DNA from: Escherichia coli
GTDB lineage: Bacteria > Pseudomonadota > Gammaproteobacteria > Enterobacterales > Enterobacteriaceae
Strand: one strand, 5' to 3'
NCBI RefSeq assembly: GCF_046105845.1
Contig: NZ_CP151004.1
DNA length: 64,000 nt
A program made the position numbers and the translations under genes. The notes under the pieces are model-generated. The model saw only the letters and a program-made list of their open reading frames with translations, was not told the DNA's origin and made no database searches. Shown here piece by piece: positions 42,162 through 56,920 of the stretch (the stretch's first letter is position 1; the number at the start of each line of letters is the position of its first letter).

Positions 42162-42189
42162 TTTCCTCCAGTGCGATAGCTGGAGGAAA
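42162..42189 (+). other. Intergenic hairpin between the EIIA and porin genes
   Basis: 10-bp inverted repeat TTTCCTCCAG-tgcgatag-CTGGAGGAAA immediately after the EIIA stop and 25 nt before the porin start; no U-tract follows. Confidence 0.4.
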
Positions 42190-42210
42190 TTATTACACTC
42201 TTAAGGATAA

Positions 42211-45349
<3,139 letters not shown>

Positions 45350-45375
45350 GACTTCAGGAAGATATTACGGAGATA

Positions 45376-45399
45376 TCAGGCTCTGTGATCAGAGCCTGA
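45376..45399. terminator. Strong hairpin between the GH1 gene and marB (terminator-like)
   Basis: Perfect 10-bp inverted repeat TCAGGCTCTG-tgat-CAGAGCCTGA; 6 nt from the marB stop; no clear U-tract on either strand. Confidence 0.4.
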
Positions 45400-45405
45400 C
45401 AATAA

Positions 45406-45624
45406 CTACATAGCGTGTTGATTATAATAGGGCACGCCGAGCGCATCCGACTTATCACTGCCAGTACCCATGTGATTTAAATCAAACGGTGGTTGTTCCT
45501 GCGATGGGGGAACAACCACGACATTGGCACAGGAAGTAACAACCTGCTGCGTGGTTTGTTCCGCAATGCCCTGCGTGGAAAAGAGAATAAACGCAGCTGC
45601 TATTGCGGATAAAAGTGGTTTCAT
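45406..45624 (-). CDS. marB: Multiple antibiotic resistance protein MarB (periplasmic)
   Basis: 72-aa ORF with signal peptide MKPLLSAIAAAFILFSTQGIA; last gene of marRAB. Confidence 0.9.
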   Translation of the reverse strand: MKPLLSAIAAAFILFSTQGIAEQTTQQVVTSCANVVVVPPSQEQPPFDLNHMGTGSDKSDALGVPYYNQHAM

Positions 45625-45655
45625 GATTGCCTCAGTGACGTTGTCACGTTATCAA

Positions 45656-46039
45656 CTAGCTGTTGTAATGATTTAATGGATGTAAAAAGCGCGATTCGCC
45701 CTGCATATTGGTCATCCGGTATTTATGTGGCGGAACATCAAAGTAATTTTTGAAGGTTCGGGTCAGAGTTTGTTGCGACTCGAAGCCATATCGTTCTGCC
45801 AGATAGAGTATCGGCTCGTTACTTTCCTTCAGCTTTTGCGCGATTTCCGTCATCTTACGGCTGCGGATGTATTGGCCTAATGAATGACCGGTTTCTTTTT
45901 TAAACATCCGTTGCAGGTGCCATTTAGAGTAACCCGAACGCTCTGACACTTTCTCCAGTGACAGTGGCGATTCCAGGTTGTCCTCGATCCAGTCCAAAAT
46001 GCTATGAATGGTAATAGCGTCAGTATTGCGTCTGGACAT
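45656..46039 (-). CDS. marA: AraC/XylS-family activator MarA
   Basis: [48 protein letters not shown]... matches MarA (127 aa); start at ATG 46037-46039 has better SD spacing than the track start at 46045. Confidence 0.95.
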
Positions 46040-46059
46040 CGTCATACCTCTTTTTTTGT

Positions 46060-46494
46060 TTACGGCAGGACTTTCTTAAGCAAATGCTCAAGTGTTGCCA
46101 CTTCGTCCGCCGTCAGGTTTTTTGTTAATTCTTGATGCAGGTCCTGGCCAACTAATTGATGGCATTGTTCACATATTGCCGCGCCGCTGGTGGTAAGTTT
46201 TACCAGTACGCCGCGCTTGTCATTCGGGTTCGGCAACCTTTCCACCCAGCCTTTACAGACCAGGCGATCCAGCATACGGGTCAGCGCTCCCAGGTCGACC
46301 GACAACACTTTTTTCAGTTCAACCGGAGTAATACACGCCGCGCAGCGGATAGAGCAGAGCACCTTAAACTGTGCCGCGGTAATATCCAGCGGAGACAGAT
46401 ACTCATTAAGCAGGCGATCTTTCTTCTGATTAACCATATGGATTAAGCGACCCAATGGAATAATTTCATTGAACAGATCGCTGGTACTTTTCAC
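46060..46494 (-). CDS. marR: MarR repressor of the mar operon (variant with Ser103 and His137)
   Basis: 144-aa ORF with GTG start ([46 protein letters not shown]...); codon 103 is AGC (46186-46188) and codon 137 is CAT (46084-46086). Confidence 0.95.
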
Positions 46495-46499
46495 ATTAG

Positions 46500-46511
46500 T
46501 TGCCCTGGCAA
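46500..46511. promoter_or_regulatory. MarR operator site II (marO)
   Basis: Palindrome TTGCCctGGCAA immediately upstream of the marR GTG. Confidence 0.7.
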
Positions 46512-46534
46512 GTAATTAGTTGCAGGGGATAATA

Positions 46535-46546
46535 TTGCCCAGGCAA
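46535..46546. promoter_or_regulatory. MarR operator site I (marO)
   Basis: Palindrome TTGCCcaGGCAA, 24 bp upstream of site II, in the position expected between the -35 and -10 elements of the marRAB promoter. Confidence 0.7.
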
Positions 46547-46570
46547 GTATAAGTCAAATGAATGAATTGA

Positions 46571-46593
46571 CCGATGCCACGTTTTGCTAAATC
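46571..46593 (-). promoter_or_regulatory. Marbox (MarA/SoxS/Rob activator site) of the marRAB promoter
   Basis: Reverse complement reads GATTTAGCAAAACGTGGCATCGG, matching the mar marbox as I recall it, upstream of MarR site I. Confidence 0.7.
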
Positions 46594-46705
46594 GGTTCAA
46601 GTTTTGGTCAGTGCGATGCAAGGTTAGCTAAAGAGTGACACTTTATCGTTGTTTACCCCTTATACTTTTCGCTGATAACCCAGATACACAGGATAACAAC
46701 CACCA

Positions 46706-47371
46706 ATGTTAGATTTATTTAAAGCAATTGGCTTGGGGTTGGTGGTGTTACTACCGTTAGCTAACCCATTAACAACTGTCGCGTTATTTCTTGGCCTGGC
46801 AGGCAACATGAACAGTGCCGAACGTAATCGTCAGTCGTTGATGGCCTCGGTGTACGTCTTTGCCATCATGATGGTGGCGTATTACGCCGGGCAACTGGTG
46901 ATGGATACATTTGGCATTTCGATTCCCGGTCTGCGAATTGCAGGCGGCTTAATCGTCGCGTTTATCGGTTTTCGGATGCTCTTTCCGCAACAGAAAGCAA
47001 TTGATTCACCGGAAGCGAAAAGCAAGTCGGAAGAGCTGGAAGATGAACCCAGTGCCAATATTGCCTTTGTACCACTGGCAATGCCAAGTACCGCCGGTCC
47101 GGGAACCATTGCAATGATTATTAGCTCGGCGTCCACAGTGCGTCAGAGTTCAACCTTCGCTGATTGGGTGCTGATGGTTGCGCCGCCGCTGATCTTTTTC
47201 CTGGTGGCGGTTATTTTGTGGGGAAGCCTACGCAGCTCTGGCGCAATTATGCGGCTGGTGGGCAAGGGAGGCATTGAAGCGATCTCCCGCCTGATGGGAT
47301 TCCTGCTGGTATGTATGGGTGTGCAGTTTATTATTAACGGCATTCTGGAAATCATTAAAACGTACCATTAA
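46706..47371 (+). CDS. marC: MarC-family inner membrane protein
   Basis: 221-aa polytopic membrane protein divergent from marRAB. Confidence 0.92.
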   Translation: MLDLFKAIGLGLVVLLPLANPLTTVALFLGLAGNMNSAERNRQSLMASVYVFAIMMVAYYAGQLVMDTFGISIPGLRIAGGLIVAFIGFRMLFPQQKAIDSPEAKSKSEELEDEPSANIAFVPLAMPSTAGPGTIAMIISSASTVRQSSTFADWVLMVAPPLIFFLVAVILWGSLRSSGAIMRLVGKGGIEAISRLMGFLLVCMGVQFIINGILEIIKTYH

Positions 47372-47395
47372 AAAAGGCCCGAATGGGCCTTTCAA
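47371..47395. terminator. Bidirectional intrinsic terminator between convergent marC and sotB
   Basis: Stem AAAGGCCC-gaat-GGGCCTTT flanked by A-run upstream and T-run downstream, giving a U-tract on either strand. Confidence 0.7.
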
Positions 47396-48586
47396 CTATT
47401 GCGTCTGTTCTTCGAGTGTCACTGGCCAGCGGCGAAAAATGATGATTGACCATATTAACGCGGCAAAAGCAGGCACCGCGCCCACATAACCAATCATCGA
47501 CATTGACCAGTGCAGACTGACCTGATTACCTACCAACGCGCCAGCGCCGATTCCAATATTAAATATCCCCGAGAATAGCGCCATCGCGACGTCGGTGGCA
47601 TCTGGTGCCAGCGCCAGCACTTTAACCTGCATACCAAGCCCGATGATCATCATCGCGATCCCCCAGAAAATACTTAGCACCCCGAGGTGTATTTCACTGT
47701 TCGCCGCAGGTAGCAGCAGTGCGAGGCACACCAGCAACAACGCAATCGCCGTACTCACCAACGCAGACGCATACTGATTACCCAGTTTCCCGAAAATCAC
47801 GCTGCCAATAATGCCCGCACCACCGAGTAATAACAGTAATGCCGTGGCAAAGTTGGCGCTGAATCCCGCAATGTTTTGCACAAAAGGCTCGATATAGCTG
47901 TATGCCGTGTAATGGGCGGTGACAACCACCACAGTTAACAAATAAATGCTCATTAATGCCGGGCGGCGGAACAATAGCGGGAGGCTTTTCAATGAACCGG
48001 AATGCTCACTGGGCAGCAAGGGAAGTAACTTAATCAGGCACAAAAGGGTAATAAACGCCCCGATACCAATCGCGAAGAAGGTCATTCGCCAGCCAAAATA
48101 CTGCCCCACAATGCGCCCGAGAGGTAAACCTAATACCATTGCCAGTGCTGTACCGGTGGCAATTAAACTCAACGCCTGCGCTCGCTTCCCGGCCGGAGCC
48201 ATACGGATCGCCAGAGACGCCGTAATCGACCAGAAAATCGCATGTGCAAAAGCCACACCAATGCGACTGATCACCAGAACGGTAAAACTCCACGACAAAA
48301 ACGACAGTACGTGACTGGCAATAAATACCACAAACAGGCAGATCAGTAATTTGCGCCGTTCAACCTGGCTGGTCATTAACATAAAAGGCAATGACATTAG
48401 CGCCACTACCCATGCATAAATCGTCAACATGATGCCGACCTGAGCGGTTTGCATGTGAAAACTTTGCGCAATGTCAGAGAGCAGGCCAACAGGGACAAAT
48501 TCGGTGGTGTTGAAGATGAAGGCGGCGACTGCCAGCGTAACGACCCGTAGCCACGCCACTTTGCGGGAAACAGTGTTTGTTGTCAT
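47396..48586 (-). CDS. sotB: MFS sugar efflux transporter
   Basis: 396-aa 12-TM MFS protein ([23 protein letters not shown]...); matches SotB/YdeA. Confidence 0.9.
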   Translation of the reverse strand: MTTNTVSRKVAWLRVVTLAVAAFIFNTTEFVPVGLLSDIAQSFHMQTAQVGIMLTIYAWVVALMSLPFMLMTSQVERRKLLICLFVVFIASHVLSFLSWSFTVLVISRIGVAFAHAIFWSITASLAIRMAPAGKRAQALSLIATGTALAMVLGLPLGRIVGQYFGWRMTFFAIGIGAFITLLCLIKLLPLLPSEHSGSLKSLPLLFRRPALMSIYLLTVVVVTAHYTAYSYIEPFVQNIAGFSANFATALLLLLGGAGIIGSVIFGKLGNQYASALVSTAIALLLVCLALLLPAANSEIHLGVLSIFWGIAMMIIGLGMQVKVLALAPDATDVAMALFSGIFNIGIGAGALVGNQVSLHWSMSMIGYVGAVPAFAALIWSIIIFRRWPVTLEEQTQ

Positions 48587-48735
48587 AACAGATTATCGGG
48601 TGAGTTGCGAAAAAGTGATGAAATGATCTTAAAACGGTTAATGATGTGAATACAATGCATTTGTGATCTGGATCGCGTTTTCCGTTTCTCTGACGCTGAT
48701 TCTGTTCCGCGTCAGAGAGTCGGTAACATCACGGT

Positions 48736-49851
48736 TTAATGACGTTCAGGGAGGTCTGGCGTTTTGGCGGTTGCGGGTATAGGTGATCTGACAGGGGAGC
48801 GAGGCCTGTTTTTCACCAGGTCTTCGTGAGTAACTTTTGGCGGCGTTTCATTTTTTACAAAAAGTTTGAGGGTCCTGCGCGCCATATGTTTGATAATTTT
48901 ATCATCACTTAATGATGCTGGCATCAACACGTCAATCAAATCACTTTCATTGGGATTCATAAATTGGTGATAGTGCAATAACATATTGGCGAAAAATAAA
49001 AACAAGTCCTGAAAATGTGGAAAATCTTGTTCTGTTAAAAGGGATAAAAAGCAGATGCAGACTTCGGGTAGTACATGTTTGTTAGAACCTAGTGAATCCA
49101 TCAGACTTTGCAATAAATCCTCTTTTAATTCGCTGTCCGTTATGTCGAGAATAGCGGTGAGCAAGTTAGGTTCTTTATTCCCGAACCATCTGTGAACCTC
49201 AGAGTTATTCCATAATCGGGGGAGTATGACAAAATTACCGCGAGAGATAAAATTCAGGACAAGCAAATCAAACTGGCGTAAGTAATCTGCAGCGGTATGG
49301 TGATCCGGATGCAGGGGTTCAATATGTGGCGTATGCGCTCTTTTGATAGGAACGCCAGGGTTGATCATTGGAAATTGTTCTATAAAGTCATTCAGAAACA
49401 GAAAGAGCACACGCTCGACGCCAGTCTGAAATACGCGCCCCATAGTGACAGGCTTTGGGTTGGGAGCGCAAAAAATATTAATTTCCCCATCATGGCGGAA
49501 ATTATCTAAATAAATAGGGCTTAAATTTATCACTACCTGAAATTCAATATTTTCTTTGTGTCTTCCATTCCTGGCAGGATAAGTGAGTTTAAATTGAACT
49601 TTTTCATTGTATAGCGTGTCGTTACCCCGGAAAGAGGTTCTCTGAATATATGATAAGTTATCAAGGTTATTAAATATCTTTTTTGTGGCTGAGCTGATGT
49701 TTAAAGACGTACGCCACTCTTCATCACATATTATTGTACTTAGCGCATCAATAAAATCCTTTAAAACTTCTTTTACCTGAGGTGCAATATTACGAACGGG
49801 AAAATCATCAGGAAGAGATATGTAATTGCTGATGCTTACTGGCGTAACCAT
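48736..49851 (-). CDS. yneK: Uncharacterized protein YneK
   Basis: 371-aa ORF, no recognizable domain from inspection; length and position match yneK. Confidence 0.75.
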   Translation of the reverse strand: MVTPVSISNYISLPDDFPVRNIAPQVKEVLKDFIDALSTIICDEEWRTSLNISSATKKIFNNLDNLSYIQRTSFRGNDTLYNEKVQFKLTYPARNGRHKENIEFQVVINLSPIYLDNFRHDGEINIFCAPNPKPVTMGRVFQTGVERVLFLFLNDFIEQFPMINPGVPIKRAHTPHIEPLHPDHHTAADYLRQFDLLVLNFISRGNFVILPRLWNNSEVHRWFGNKEPNLLTAILDITDSELKEDLLQSLMDSLGSNKHVLPEVCICFLSLLTEQDFPHFQDLFLFFANMLLHYHQFMNPNESDLIDVLMPASLSDDKIIKHMARRTLKLFVKNETPPKVTHEDLVKNRPRSPVRSPIPATAKTPDLPERH

Positions 49852-49934
49852 ATTTGCCCCATATAGTCATAAGTCATCGGAGCATCACTATATAGACCAT
49901 ATTAGCCGCAAGAACTATCAAAAATAGCTCATTG

Positions 49935-50810
49935 CTAACTCTGTTTTGCCGAGTCAGACACATCCAGTAGTTGAATAAATGCCTCAAGCGGACGCGTTTT
50001 TGCACCGCGACGCCAGACCAGCCAGGTTGTTAACCAACGCCATTGCTCAGCTAACGGCCACGCTTCAACCTGGTGATGCCCCGGCATACTTTCCAGCATA
50101 GAGCGTGGAATAAGCGCAATGCCTGCTCCTGCGACCACACAGGCCAACATCCCGTGATACGACTCCATCTCGTGAATAGTTCCCGGAGCGGCACCGTCAG
50201 CATGAAACCAGCTCTCGAAGTGGCGACGATATGAACAATTGGCGCGGAAGGCATAAATGTTACTGCCATTAACCTGACTGGCGCGGGTTACTGGCGCATG
50301 CCCTTGTGGCGTGACGATCATCAGCTCCTCGCGGTACACCGGTATCCCGTCAATGGCAGTATGGTTAATGGGCCCATCAATAAACGCCGCATTCAGTTTT
50401 CCCTCCAGCACACCTTCCAGCATAGTGCCGGAAGGGCCGGTGGAAAGTGAAAACTGAATTTTGGGATAACGACGGTTGAATTCCGCCAGCGTGGCCGGAA
50501 TGCGAACTGCAGCGGTGCTTTCCAGCGAACCAAGAGAAAATAAACCTTGCGGCTCATCGCCAGCGACAACGCTCCGCGCTTCATCCACTAACGCGAGAAT
50601 TTGTTGGCTATAGCGTAAAAAGTTATGCCCGGCAGGCGAGAGACGTAAACGCTGATTCTCGCGAATAAACAGATCAACCCCCAGTTCTGTTTCCAGCTGG
50701 CGTAGACGGGTAGTGAGATTCGACGGCACGCGATGCACTTTTGCTGCAGCCTGGGTAATGCTGCCAGCTTCGGCAACCGCGTTGAACATCTCCAGTTGGG
50801 TCAGATCCAT
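49935..50810 (-). CDS. yneJ: LysR-family transcriptional regulator, divergent from sad
   Basis: 291-aa LTTR with N-terminal wHTH ([40 protein letters not shown]). Confidence 0.88.
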   Translation of the reverse strand: MDLTQLEMFNAVAEAGSITQAAAKVHRVPSNLTTRLRQLETELGVDLFIRENQRLRLSPAGHNFLRYSQQILALVDEARSVVAGDEPQGLFSLGSLESTAAVRIPATLAEFNRRYPKIQFSLSTGPSGTMLEGVLEGKLNAAFIDGPINHTAIDGIPVYREELMIVTPQGHAPVTRASQVNGSNIYAFRANCSYRRHFESWFHADGAAPGTIHEMESYHGMLACVVAGAGIALIPRSMLESMPGHHQVEAWPLAEQWRWLTTWLVWRRGAKTRPLEAFIQLLDVSDSAKQS

Positions 50811-50910
50811 GGCATTCTCAATTCGTGAATAAGTGGCTTAATATTATTCATTTTCAAGCAAGAGTAAATCTGCGTATCTTTTTACCATAACCCATAAAGG
50901 AGATACCCCG

Positions 50911-52299
50911 ATGACCATTACTCCGGCAACCCATGCAATTTCGATAAATCCTGCCACTGGTGAACAACTTTCTGTGCTGCCGTGGGCTGGCGCTGATGAT
51001 ATCGAAAACGCACTTCAGCTGGCGGCAGCAGGCTTTCGCGATTGGCGCGAGACAAATATAGATTATCGTGCTGAAAAACTGCGTGATATCGGTAAGGCTC
51101 TGCGTGTCCGTAGCGAAGAAATGGCGCAAATGATCACCCGTGAAATGGGCAAACCAATCAACCAGGCGCGCGCTGAAGTGGCGAAATCGGCGAATTTGTG
51201 TGACTGGTATGCAGAACATGGTCCGGCAATGCTGAAGGCGGAACCTACGCTGGTGGAAAATCAGCAGGCAGTTATTGAGTATCGCCCGTTGGGGACAATT
51301 CTGGCGATTATGCCGTGGAATTTTCCGTTATGGCAGGTGATGCGTGGTGCGGTTCCCATCATTCTTGCAGGTAACGGCTACTTACTTAAACATGCGCCGA
51401 ATGTGATGGGCTGTGCACAGCTCATTGCCCAGGTGTTTAAAGATGCGGGTATCCCACAAGGCGTATATGGCTGGCTGAATGCCGACAACGACGGCGTCAG
51501 TCAGATGATTAAAGACTCGCGCATTGCTGCTGTCACAGTGACCGGAAGTGTTCGTGCGGGAGCAGCTATTGGCGCACAGGCTGGAGCGGCACTGAAAAAA
51601 TGCGTACTGGAACTGGGCGGTTCGGATCCATTTATTGTGCTTAACGATGCCGATCTGGAACTGGCGGTTAAAGCGGCGGTAGCCGGACGTTATCAGAATA
51701 CCGGACAGGTTTGTGCAGCTGCAAAACGCTTTATTATCGAAGAGGGAATTGCTTCGGCATTTACCGAACGTTTTGTGGCAGCTGCGGCAGCCTTGAAAAT
51801 GGGCGATCCCCGTGACGAAGAGAACACTCTCGGACCAATGGCTCGTTTTGATTTACGTGATGAGCTGCATCATCAGGTGGAGAAAACCCTGGCGCAGGGT
51901 GCGCGTTTGTTACTGGGCGGGGAAAAGATGGCTGGGGCAGGTAACTACTATCCGCCAACGGTTCTGGCGAATGTTACCCCAGAAATGACCGCGTTTCGGG
52001 AAGAAATGTTTGGCCCCGTTGCGGCAATCACCATTGCGAAAGATGCAGAACATGCGCTGGAACTGGCTAATGATAGTGAGTTCGGCCTTTCAGCGACCAT
52101 TTTCACCACCGACGAAACACAGGCCAGACAGATGGCGGCACGTCTGGAATGCGGTGGGGTGTTTATCAATGGTTATTGTGCCAGCGACGCGCGAGTCGCC
52201 TTTGGTGGCGTGAAGAAGAGTGGCTTTGGTCGTGAGCTTTCCCATTTCGGCTTACACGAATTCTGTAATATCCAGACGGTGTGGAAAGACCGGATCTGA
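50911..52299 (+). CDS. sad: NAD(P)-dependent succinate-semialdehyde dehydrogenase
   Basis: 462-aa aldehyde dehydrogenase with catalytic Cys in [10 protein letters not shown] and Glu in LELGGSDP. Confidence 0.92.
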   Translation: MTITPATHAISINPATGEQLSVLPWAGADDIENALQLAAAGFRDWRETNIDYRAEKLRDIGKALRVRSEEMAQMITREMGKPINQARAEVAKSANLCDWYAEHGPAMLKAEPTLVENQQAVIEYRPLGTILAIMPWNFPLWQVMRGAVPIILAGNGYLLKHAPNVMGCAQLIAQVFKDAGIPQGVYGWLNADNDGVSQMIKDSRIAAVTVTGSVRAGAAIGAQAGAALKKCVLELGGSDPFIVLNDADLELAVKAAVAGRYQNTGQVCAAAKRFIIEEGIASAFTERFVAAAAALKMGDPRDEENTLGPMARFDLRDELHHQVEKTLAQGARLLLGGEKMAGAGNYYPPTVLANVTPEMTAFREEMFGPVAAITIAKDAEHALELANDSEFGLSATIFTTDETQARQMAARLECGGVFINGYCASDARVAFGGVKKSGFGRELSHFGLHEFCNIQTVWKDRI

Positions 52300-52362
52300 C
52301 GCTACATATTCAGCTCTGATATACTCGCAGGTCTTTTCAGACCTGCGGTCCAGGAGTAGAAA

Positions 52363-53289
52363 GTGGCAGTCGCCATGGATAATGCAATTTTAGAAAACAT
52401 CTTGCGGCAAGTGCGGCCGCTCATTGGTCAGGGTAAAGTCGCGGATTATATTCCGGCGCTGGCTACGGTAGACGGTTCCCGGCTGGGCATTGCTATCTGT
52501 ACAGTTGACGGACAGCTTTTTCAGGCCGGAGATGCACAAGAACGTTTTTCCATTCAGTCTATTTCCAAAGTGCTGAGTCTCGTTGTCGCCATGCGTCATT
52601 ACTCCGAAGAGGAAATCTGGCAACGCGTCGGCAAAGATCCGTCTGGATCACCGTTCAATTCTTTAGTGCAACTGGAAATGGAGCAGGGTATTCCGCGTAA
52701 TCCGTTTATTAATGCCGGTGCGCTGGTGGTCTGCGATATGTTGCAAGGGCGATTAAGCGCTCCTCGGCAACGTATGCTGGAAGTCGTGCGCGGCTTAAGC
52801 GGTGTGTCTGATATTTCATACGATACGGTGGTAGCGCGTTCCGAATTTGAACATTCCGCGCGAAATGCGGCTATCGCCTGGCTGATGAAGTCGTTTGGCA
52901 ATTTCCATCATGATGTGACAACCGTTCTGCAAAACTACTTTCATTACTGCGCTCTGAAAATGAGCTGTGTAGAGCTGGCCCGGACGTTTGTCTTTCTGGC
53001 TAATCAGGGGAAAGCTATTCATATTGATGAACCTGTGGTGACGCCAATGCAGGCGCGGCAAATTAATGCGCTGATGGCGACCAGTGGTATGTACCAGAAC
53101 GCGGGGGAGTTTGCCTGGCGGGTGGGACTACCAGCGAAATCTGGCGTTGGTGGCGGTATTGTGGCGATTGTTCCGCATGAAATGGCCATCGCAGTCTGGA
53201 GTCCGGAACTGGATGATGCAGGTAACTCGCTCGCGGGTATCGCCGTCCTTGAACAATTGACGAAACAGTTAGGGCGTTCGGTTTATTAA
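52363..53289 (+). CDS. glsB: Glutaminase 2
   Basis: 308-aa serine-dependent glutaminase with GTG start ([34 protein letters not shown]...). Confidence 0.92.
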   Translation: MAVAMDNAILENILRQVRPLIGQGKVADYIPALATVDGSRLGIAICTVDGQLFQAGDAQERFSIQSISKVLSLVVAMRHYSEEEIWQRVGKDPSGSPFNSLVQLEMEQGIPRNPFINAGALVVCDMLQGRLSAPRQRMLEVVRGLSGVSDISYDTVVARSEFEHSARNAAIAWLMKSFGNFHHDVTTVLQNYFHYCALKMSCVELARTFVFLANQGKAIHIDEPVVTPMQARQINALMATSGMYQNAGEFAWRVGLPAKSGVGGGIVAIVPHEMAIAVWSPELDDAGNSLAGIAVLEQLTKQLGRSVY

Positions 53290-53648
53290 TGCAGTCTCTC
53301 GATCCACTCTTCGCGCGTTTATCCCGTTCAAAATTTCGCTCTCGCTTTCGTTTGGGTGTGAAAGAGCGTCAGTATTGTCTGGAGAAAGGCGCGCCAGTCA
53401 TCGAACAACATGCGGCGGATTTTGTCGCTAAACGTCTTGCTCCGGCATTACCGGCTAACGACGGTAAGCAAACCCCCATGCGCGGGCATCCGGTGTTTAT
53501 CGCTCAGCACGCCACTGCAACCTGTTGTCGTGGTTGTCTGGCTAAGTGGCATAACATTCCGCAGGGTGTTTCGTTAAGCGAGCAACAACAACGTTATATC
53601 GTGGCGGTAATCTATCACTGGTTGGTTATACAGATGAATCAGCCATGA
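53289..53648 (+). CDS. yneG: DUF4186-family protein YneG
   Basis: 119-aa ORF whose ATG overlaps the glsB stop (TAATG), implying translational coupling. Confidence 0.85.
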   Translation: MQSLDPLFARLSRSKFRSRFRLGVKERQYCLEKGAPVIEQHAADFVAKRLAPALPANDGKQTPMRGHPVFIAQHATATCCRGCLAKWHNIPQGVSLSEQQQRYIVAVIYHWLVIQMNQP

Positions 53649-53786
53649 TAATTGCGGAAAACGATAAAATAGCATTCCCAGGATATCTTTATTTGCCGCC
53701 GCTGTCAGCGAACATGCTATCCTTTATGAGAATTTACTTATTACGTTGAGATAATTGCTATCCGCAATTGTATGGACAGATAATTA

Positions 53787-55205
53787 ATGCATGTACAGCC
53801 CATTTCAACTTTCCGTTTGTTCCAGGAAGGTCATCTGCTACGTAATAGCATCGCTATTTTTGCGCTAACCACGCTGTTCTATTTTATTGGTGCAGAGTTA
53901 CGGCTGGTTCACGAACTTTCTCTTTTCTGGCCGCTGAATGGCGTAATGGCGGGGGTGTTTGCCCGCTATGTCTGGCTTAATCGACTGCATTACTATGCGA
54001 TCAGTTATGTGGCAATGCTGGTTTATGATGCCATAACCACCGAATGGGGGCTGGTTTCACTGGCTATCAATTTCTCCAATATGATGTTTATTGTTACCGT
54101 CGCCTTACTGGTCGCGCGGGATAAGCGTCTGGGGAAAAATAAGTACGAGCCAGTAAGTGCCTTACGGCTATTTAATTACTGTCTGATTGCCGCATTATTA
54201 TGCGCTATTGTCGGGGCGATTGGTTCGGTCAGTATTGATAGTCTGGATTTCTGGCCTTTGCTTGCCGACTGGTTCAGTGAGCAATTCTCAACGGGCGTGT
54301 TGATCGTGCCTTGTATGCTGACGTTGGCAATTCCTGGAGTGCTGCCGCGCTTTAAAGCAGAACAGATGATGCCCGCTATCGCGCTTATTGTGTCGGTTAT
54401 TGCCTCGGTAGTCATTGGCGGAGCGGGGAGTCTGGCGTTCCCGCTGCCTGCATTAATCTGGTGTGCAGTGCGCTATACGCCGCAGGTAACATGTCTGTTG
54501 ACCTTTGTCACCGGTGCGGTTGAAATCGTACTGGTGGCAAATTCGGTGATTGATATCTCGGTCGGTTCGCCGTTCTCCATTCCGCAAATGTTCTCCGCAC
54601 GTCTCGGTATTGCCACGATGGCGATATGCCCAATTATGGTTTCTTTTAGCGTGGCAGCGATCAATTCGCTAATGAAGCAAGTTGCGCTGCGAGCCGACTT
54701 TGATTTTCTGACTCAGGTTTACTCACGGTCCGGTCTTTATGAGGCGCTGAAAAGTCCATCGCTGAAACAGACACAACATCTGACTGTCATGCTGCTTGAT
54801 ATCGACTATTTCAAAAGCATTAACGATAACTATGGACATGAATGTGGCGATAAAGTGTTAAGCGTGTTTGCCCAGCATATTCAGAAGATTGTCGGTGATA
54901 AGGGGCTGGTGGCGCGAATGGGCGGCGAAGAATTTGCTGTTGCAGTGCCATCGGTGAATCCTGTCGATGGTCTGCTAATGGCGGAAAAAATCCGTAAAGG
55001 CGTTGAACTGCAACCGTTCACCTGGCAACAAAAAACGCTTTATCTCACGGTAAGTATTGGCGTCGGTAGTGGTTGCGCATCGTACCGAACGCTGACCGAT
55101 GACTTTAATAAATTGATGGTCGAAGCCGATACATGTCTGTATCGCTCGAAGAAAGATGGGCGCAACCGTACCAGCACTATGCGTTACGGTGAGGAAGTTG
55201 TCTGA
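53787..55205 (+). CDS. dgcF: Membrane-anchored diguanylate cyclase (GGDEF domain)
   Basis: 472-aa ORF with N-terminal multi-TM sensor region and C-terminal GGDEF domain (RMGGEEF). Start is uncertain; the protein I recall as YneF may be annotated shorter. Confidence 0.8.
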   Translation: MHVQPISTFRLFQEGHLLRNSIAIFALTTLFYFIGAELRLVHELSLFWPLNGVMAGVFARYVWLNRLHYYAISYVAMLVYDAITTEWGLVSLAINFSNMMFIVTVALLVARDKRLGKNKYEPVSALRLFNYCLIAALLCAIVGAIGSVSIDSLDFWPLLADWFSEQFSTGVLIVPCMLTLAIPGVLPRFKAEQMMPAIALIVSVIASVVIGGAGSLAFPLPALIWCAVRYTPQVTCLLTFVTGAVEIVLVANSVIDISVGSPFSIPQMFSARLGIATMAICPIMVSFSVAAINSLMKQVALRADFDFLTQVYSRSGLYEALKSPSLKQTQHLTVMLLDIDYFKSINDNYGHECGDKVLSVFAQHIQKIVGDKGLVARMGGEEFAVAVPSVNPVDGLLMAEKIRKGVELQPFTWQQKTLYLTVSIGVGSGCASYRTLTDDFNKLMVEADTCLYRSKKDGRNRTSTMRYGEEVV

Positions 55206-55432
55206 CATCTTTATTCATTCACAGCGATTTTAATGGAATGTGTTCTACCACTTTATTGAGCGAATAAAAGGCGTAGTTCCTCGATTAAACCATGATCCGC
55301 GCCACACTTTTCTCATAAAACTGCTCATTAATCATCAGGAGTTGATCAAAACAGGGGTTCGGCGTATTAAAGTTTGCTAACCTGTCGTACCAATTCAAAC
55401 AGGTTGTATGACTAATCAGAAGGGAACCCATT

Positions 55433-56884
55433 GTGAAAACACTAAATCGTCGCGATTTTCCCGGTGCACAGTATCCAGAACGTATCATTCAGTTTGGTGA
55501 AGGTAACTTCCTGCGCGCCTTTGTTGACTGGCAAATCGATCTCCTGAATGAGCACACCGATCTGAATTCTGGCGTGGTCGTTGTTCGTCCGATTGAAACT
55601 TCATTCCCACCGTCACTGAGCACACAGGATGGTCTGTACACCACCATTATCCGTGGCCTGAATGAGAAGGGTGAAGCGGTCAGCGATGCGCGTCTGATTC
55701 GCTCGGTTAATCGTGAAATCAGCGTCTACAGTGAATACGATGAATTCCTGAAACTGGCGCACAATCCGGAAATGCGCTTTGTTTTCTCTAACACCACCGA
55801 AGCGGGTATCAGCTACCATGCGGGCGATAAATTCGATGACGCGCCGGCGGTAAGTTATCCGGCAAAACTGACCCGTCTGCTGTTCGAACGTTTTAGCCAT
55901 TTCAACGGTGCGCTGGATAAAGGTTGGATCATCATCCCGTGTGAGTTGATCGACTACAATGGCGACGCGTTGCGTGAACTGGTTCTGCGCTATGCGCAAG
56001 AGTGGGCACTGCCAGAAGCATTTATTCAATGGCTGGATCAGGCTAACAGCTTCTGTTCTACGCTGGTGGACCGTATCGTTACCGGTTATCCGCGCGATGA
56101 AGTGGCTAAACTGGAAGAAGAACTGGGTTATCACGATGGTTTCCTCGACACCGCTGAACACTTTTACCTGTTTGTGATTCAGGGTCCGAAATCCTTAGCG
56201 ACTGAACTGCGTCTGGACAAATATCCGCTCAACGTGCTGATTGTTGACGATATTAAACCGTACAAAGAACGCAAAGTGGCAATCCTCAACGGTGCGCACA
56301 CCGCGCTGGTGCCAGTGGCGTTCCAGGCTGGGCTGGATACTGTAGGTGAAGCGATGAACGATGCTGAAATTTGTGCATTCGTTGAAAAAGCCATCTACGA
56401 AGAGATTATTCCGGTACTGGATTTGCCTCGTGATGAACTGGAATCTTTCGCCAGTGCAGTCACCGGACGTTTCCGTAACCCGTACATCAAGCATCAGCTG
56501 CTGTCTATCGCGCTCAACGGTATGACCAAGTTCCGCACACGCATCCTGCCGCAGCTGCTGGCAGGGCAGAAGGCAAACGGCACACTTCCGGCGCGCCTTA
56601 CTTTCGCATTAGCGGCATTGATTGCGTTTTATCGCGGTGAGCGTAACGGAGAAACATATCCGGTACAGGACGATGCACACTGGCTGGAACGTTATCAGCA
56701 ACTCTGGAGCCAGCATCGTGACCGTGTTATCGGCACCCAGGAACTGGTAGCGATTGTTTTGGCAGAAAAAGACCACTGGGAGCAGGACCTGACGCAAGTG
56801 CCTGGTCTGGTCGAGCAGGTTGCTAAGGACCTGGATGCGATTCTCGAAAAAGGAATGCGCGAAGCTGTACGTCCGTTGTGCTAA
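55433..56884 (+). CDS. uxaB: Altronate oxidoreductase (tagaturonate reductase)
   Basis: 483-aa ORF with GTG start ([36 protein letters not shown]...); matches UxaB. Confidence 0.92.
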   Translation: MKTLNRRDFPGAQYPERIIQFGEGNFLRAFVDWQIDLLNEHTDLNSGVVVVRPIETSFPPSLSTQDGLYTTIIRGLNEKGEAVSDARLIRSVNREISVYSEYDEFLKLAHNPEMRFVFSNTTEAGISYHAGDKFDDAPAVSYPAKLTRLLFERFSHFNGALDKGWIIIPCELIDYNGDALRELVLRYAQEWALPEAFIQWLDQANSFCSTLVDRIVTGYPRDEVAKLEEELGYHDGFLDTAEHFYLFVIQGPKSLATELRLDKYPLNVLIVDDIKPYKERKVAILNGAHTALVPVAFQAGLDTVGEAMNDAEICAFVEKAIYEEIIPVLDLPRDELESFASAVTGRFRNPYIKHQLLSIALNGMTKFRTRILPQLLAGQKANGTLPARLTFALAALIAFYRGERNGETYPVQDDAHWLERYQQLWSQHRDRVIGTQELVAIVLAEKDHWEQDLTQVPGLVEQVAKDLDAILEKGMREAVRPLC

Positions 56885-56891
56885 TACTCTG

Positions 56892-56920
56892 AACCCGGTT
56901 TCGACCGGGTTTCTTATTTT
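56892..56920 (+). terminator. Intrinsic terminator after uxaB
   Basis: Stem AACCCGGT-ttcg-ACCGGGTT followed by TCTTATTTT, 8 nt after the uxaB stop. Confidence 0.75.

Noticed and set aside
52300-52362. Hairpin GCAGGTC-ttttca-GACCTGC between sad and glsB as a possible terminator.
   Set aside because: No U-tract follows and glsB starts 20 nt later; more likely an mRNA structural element within a sad-glsB-yneG co-transcript.
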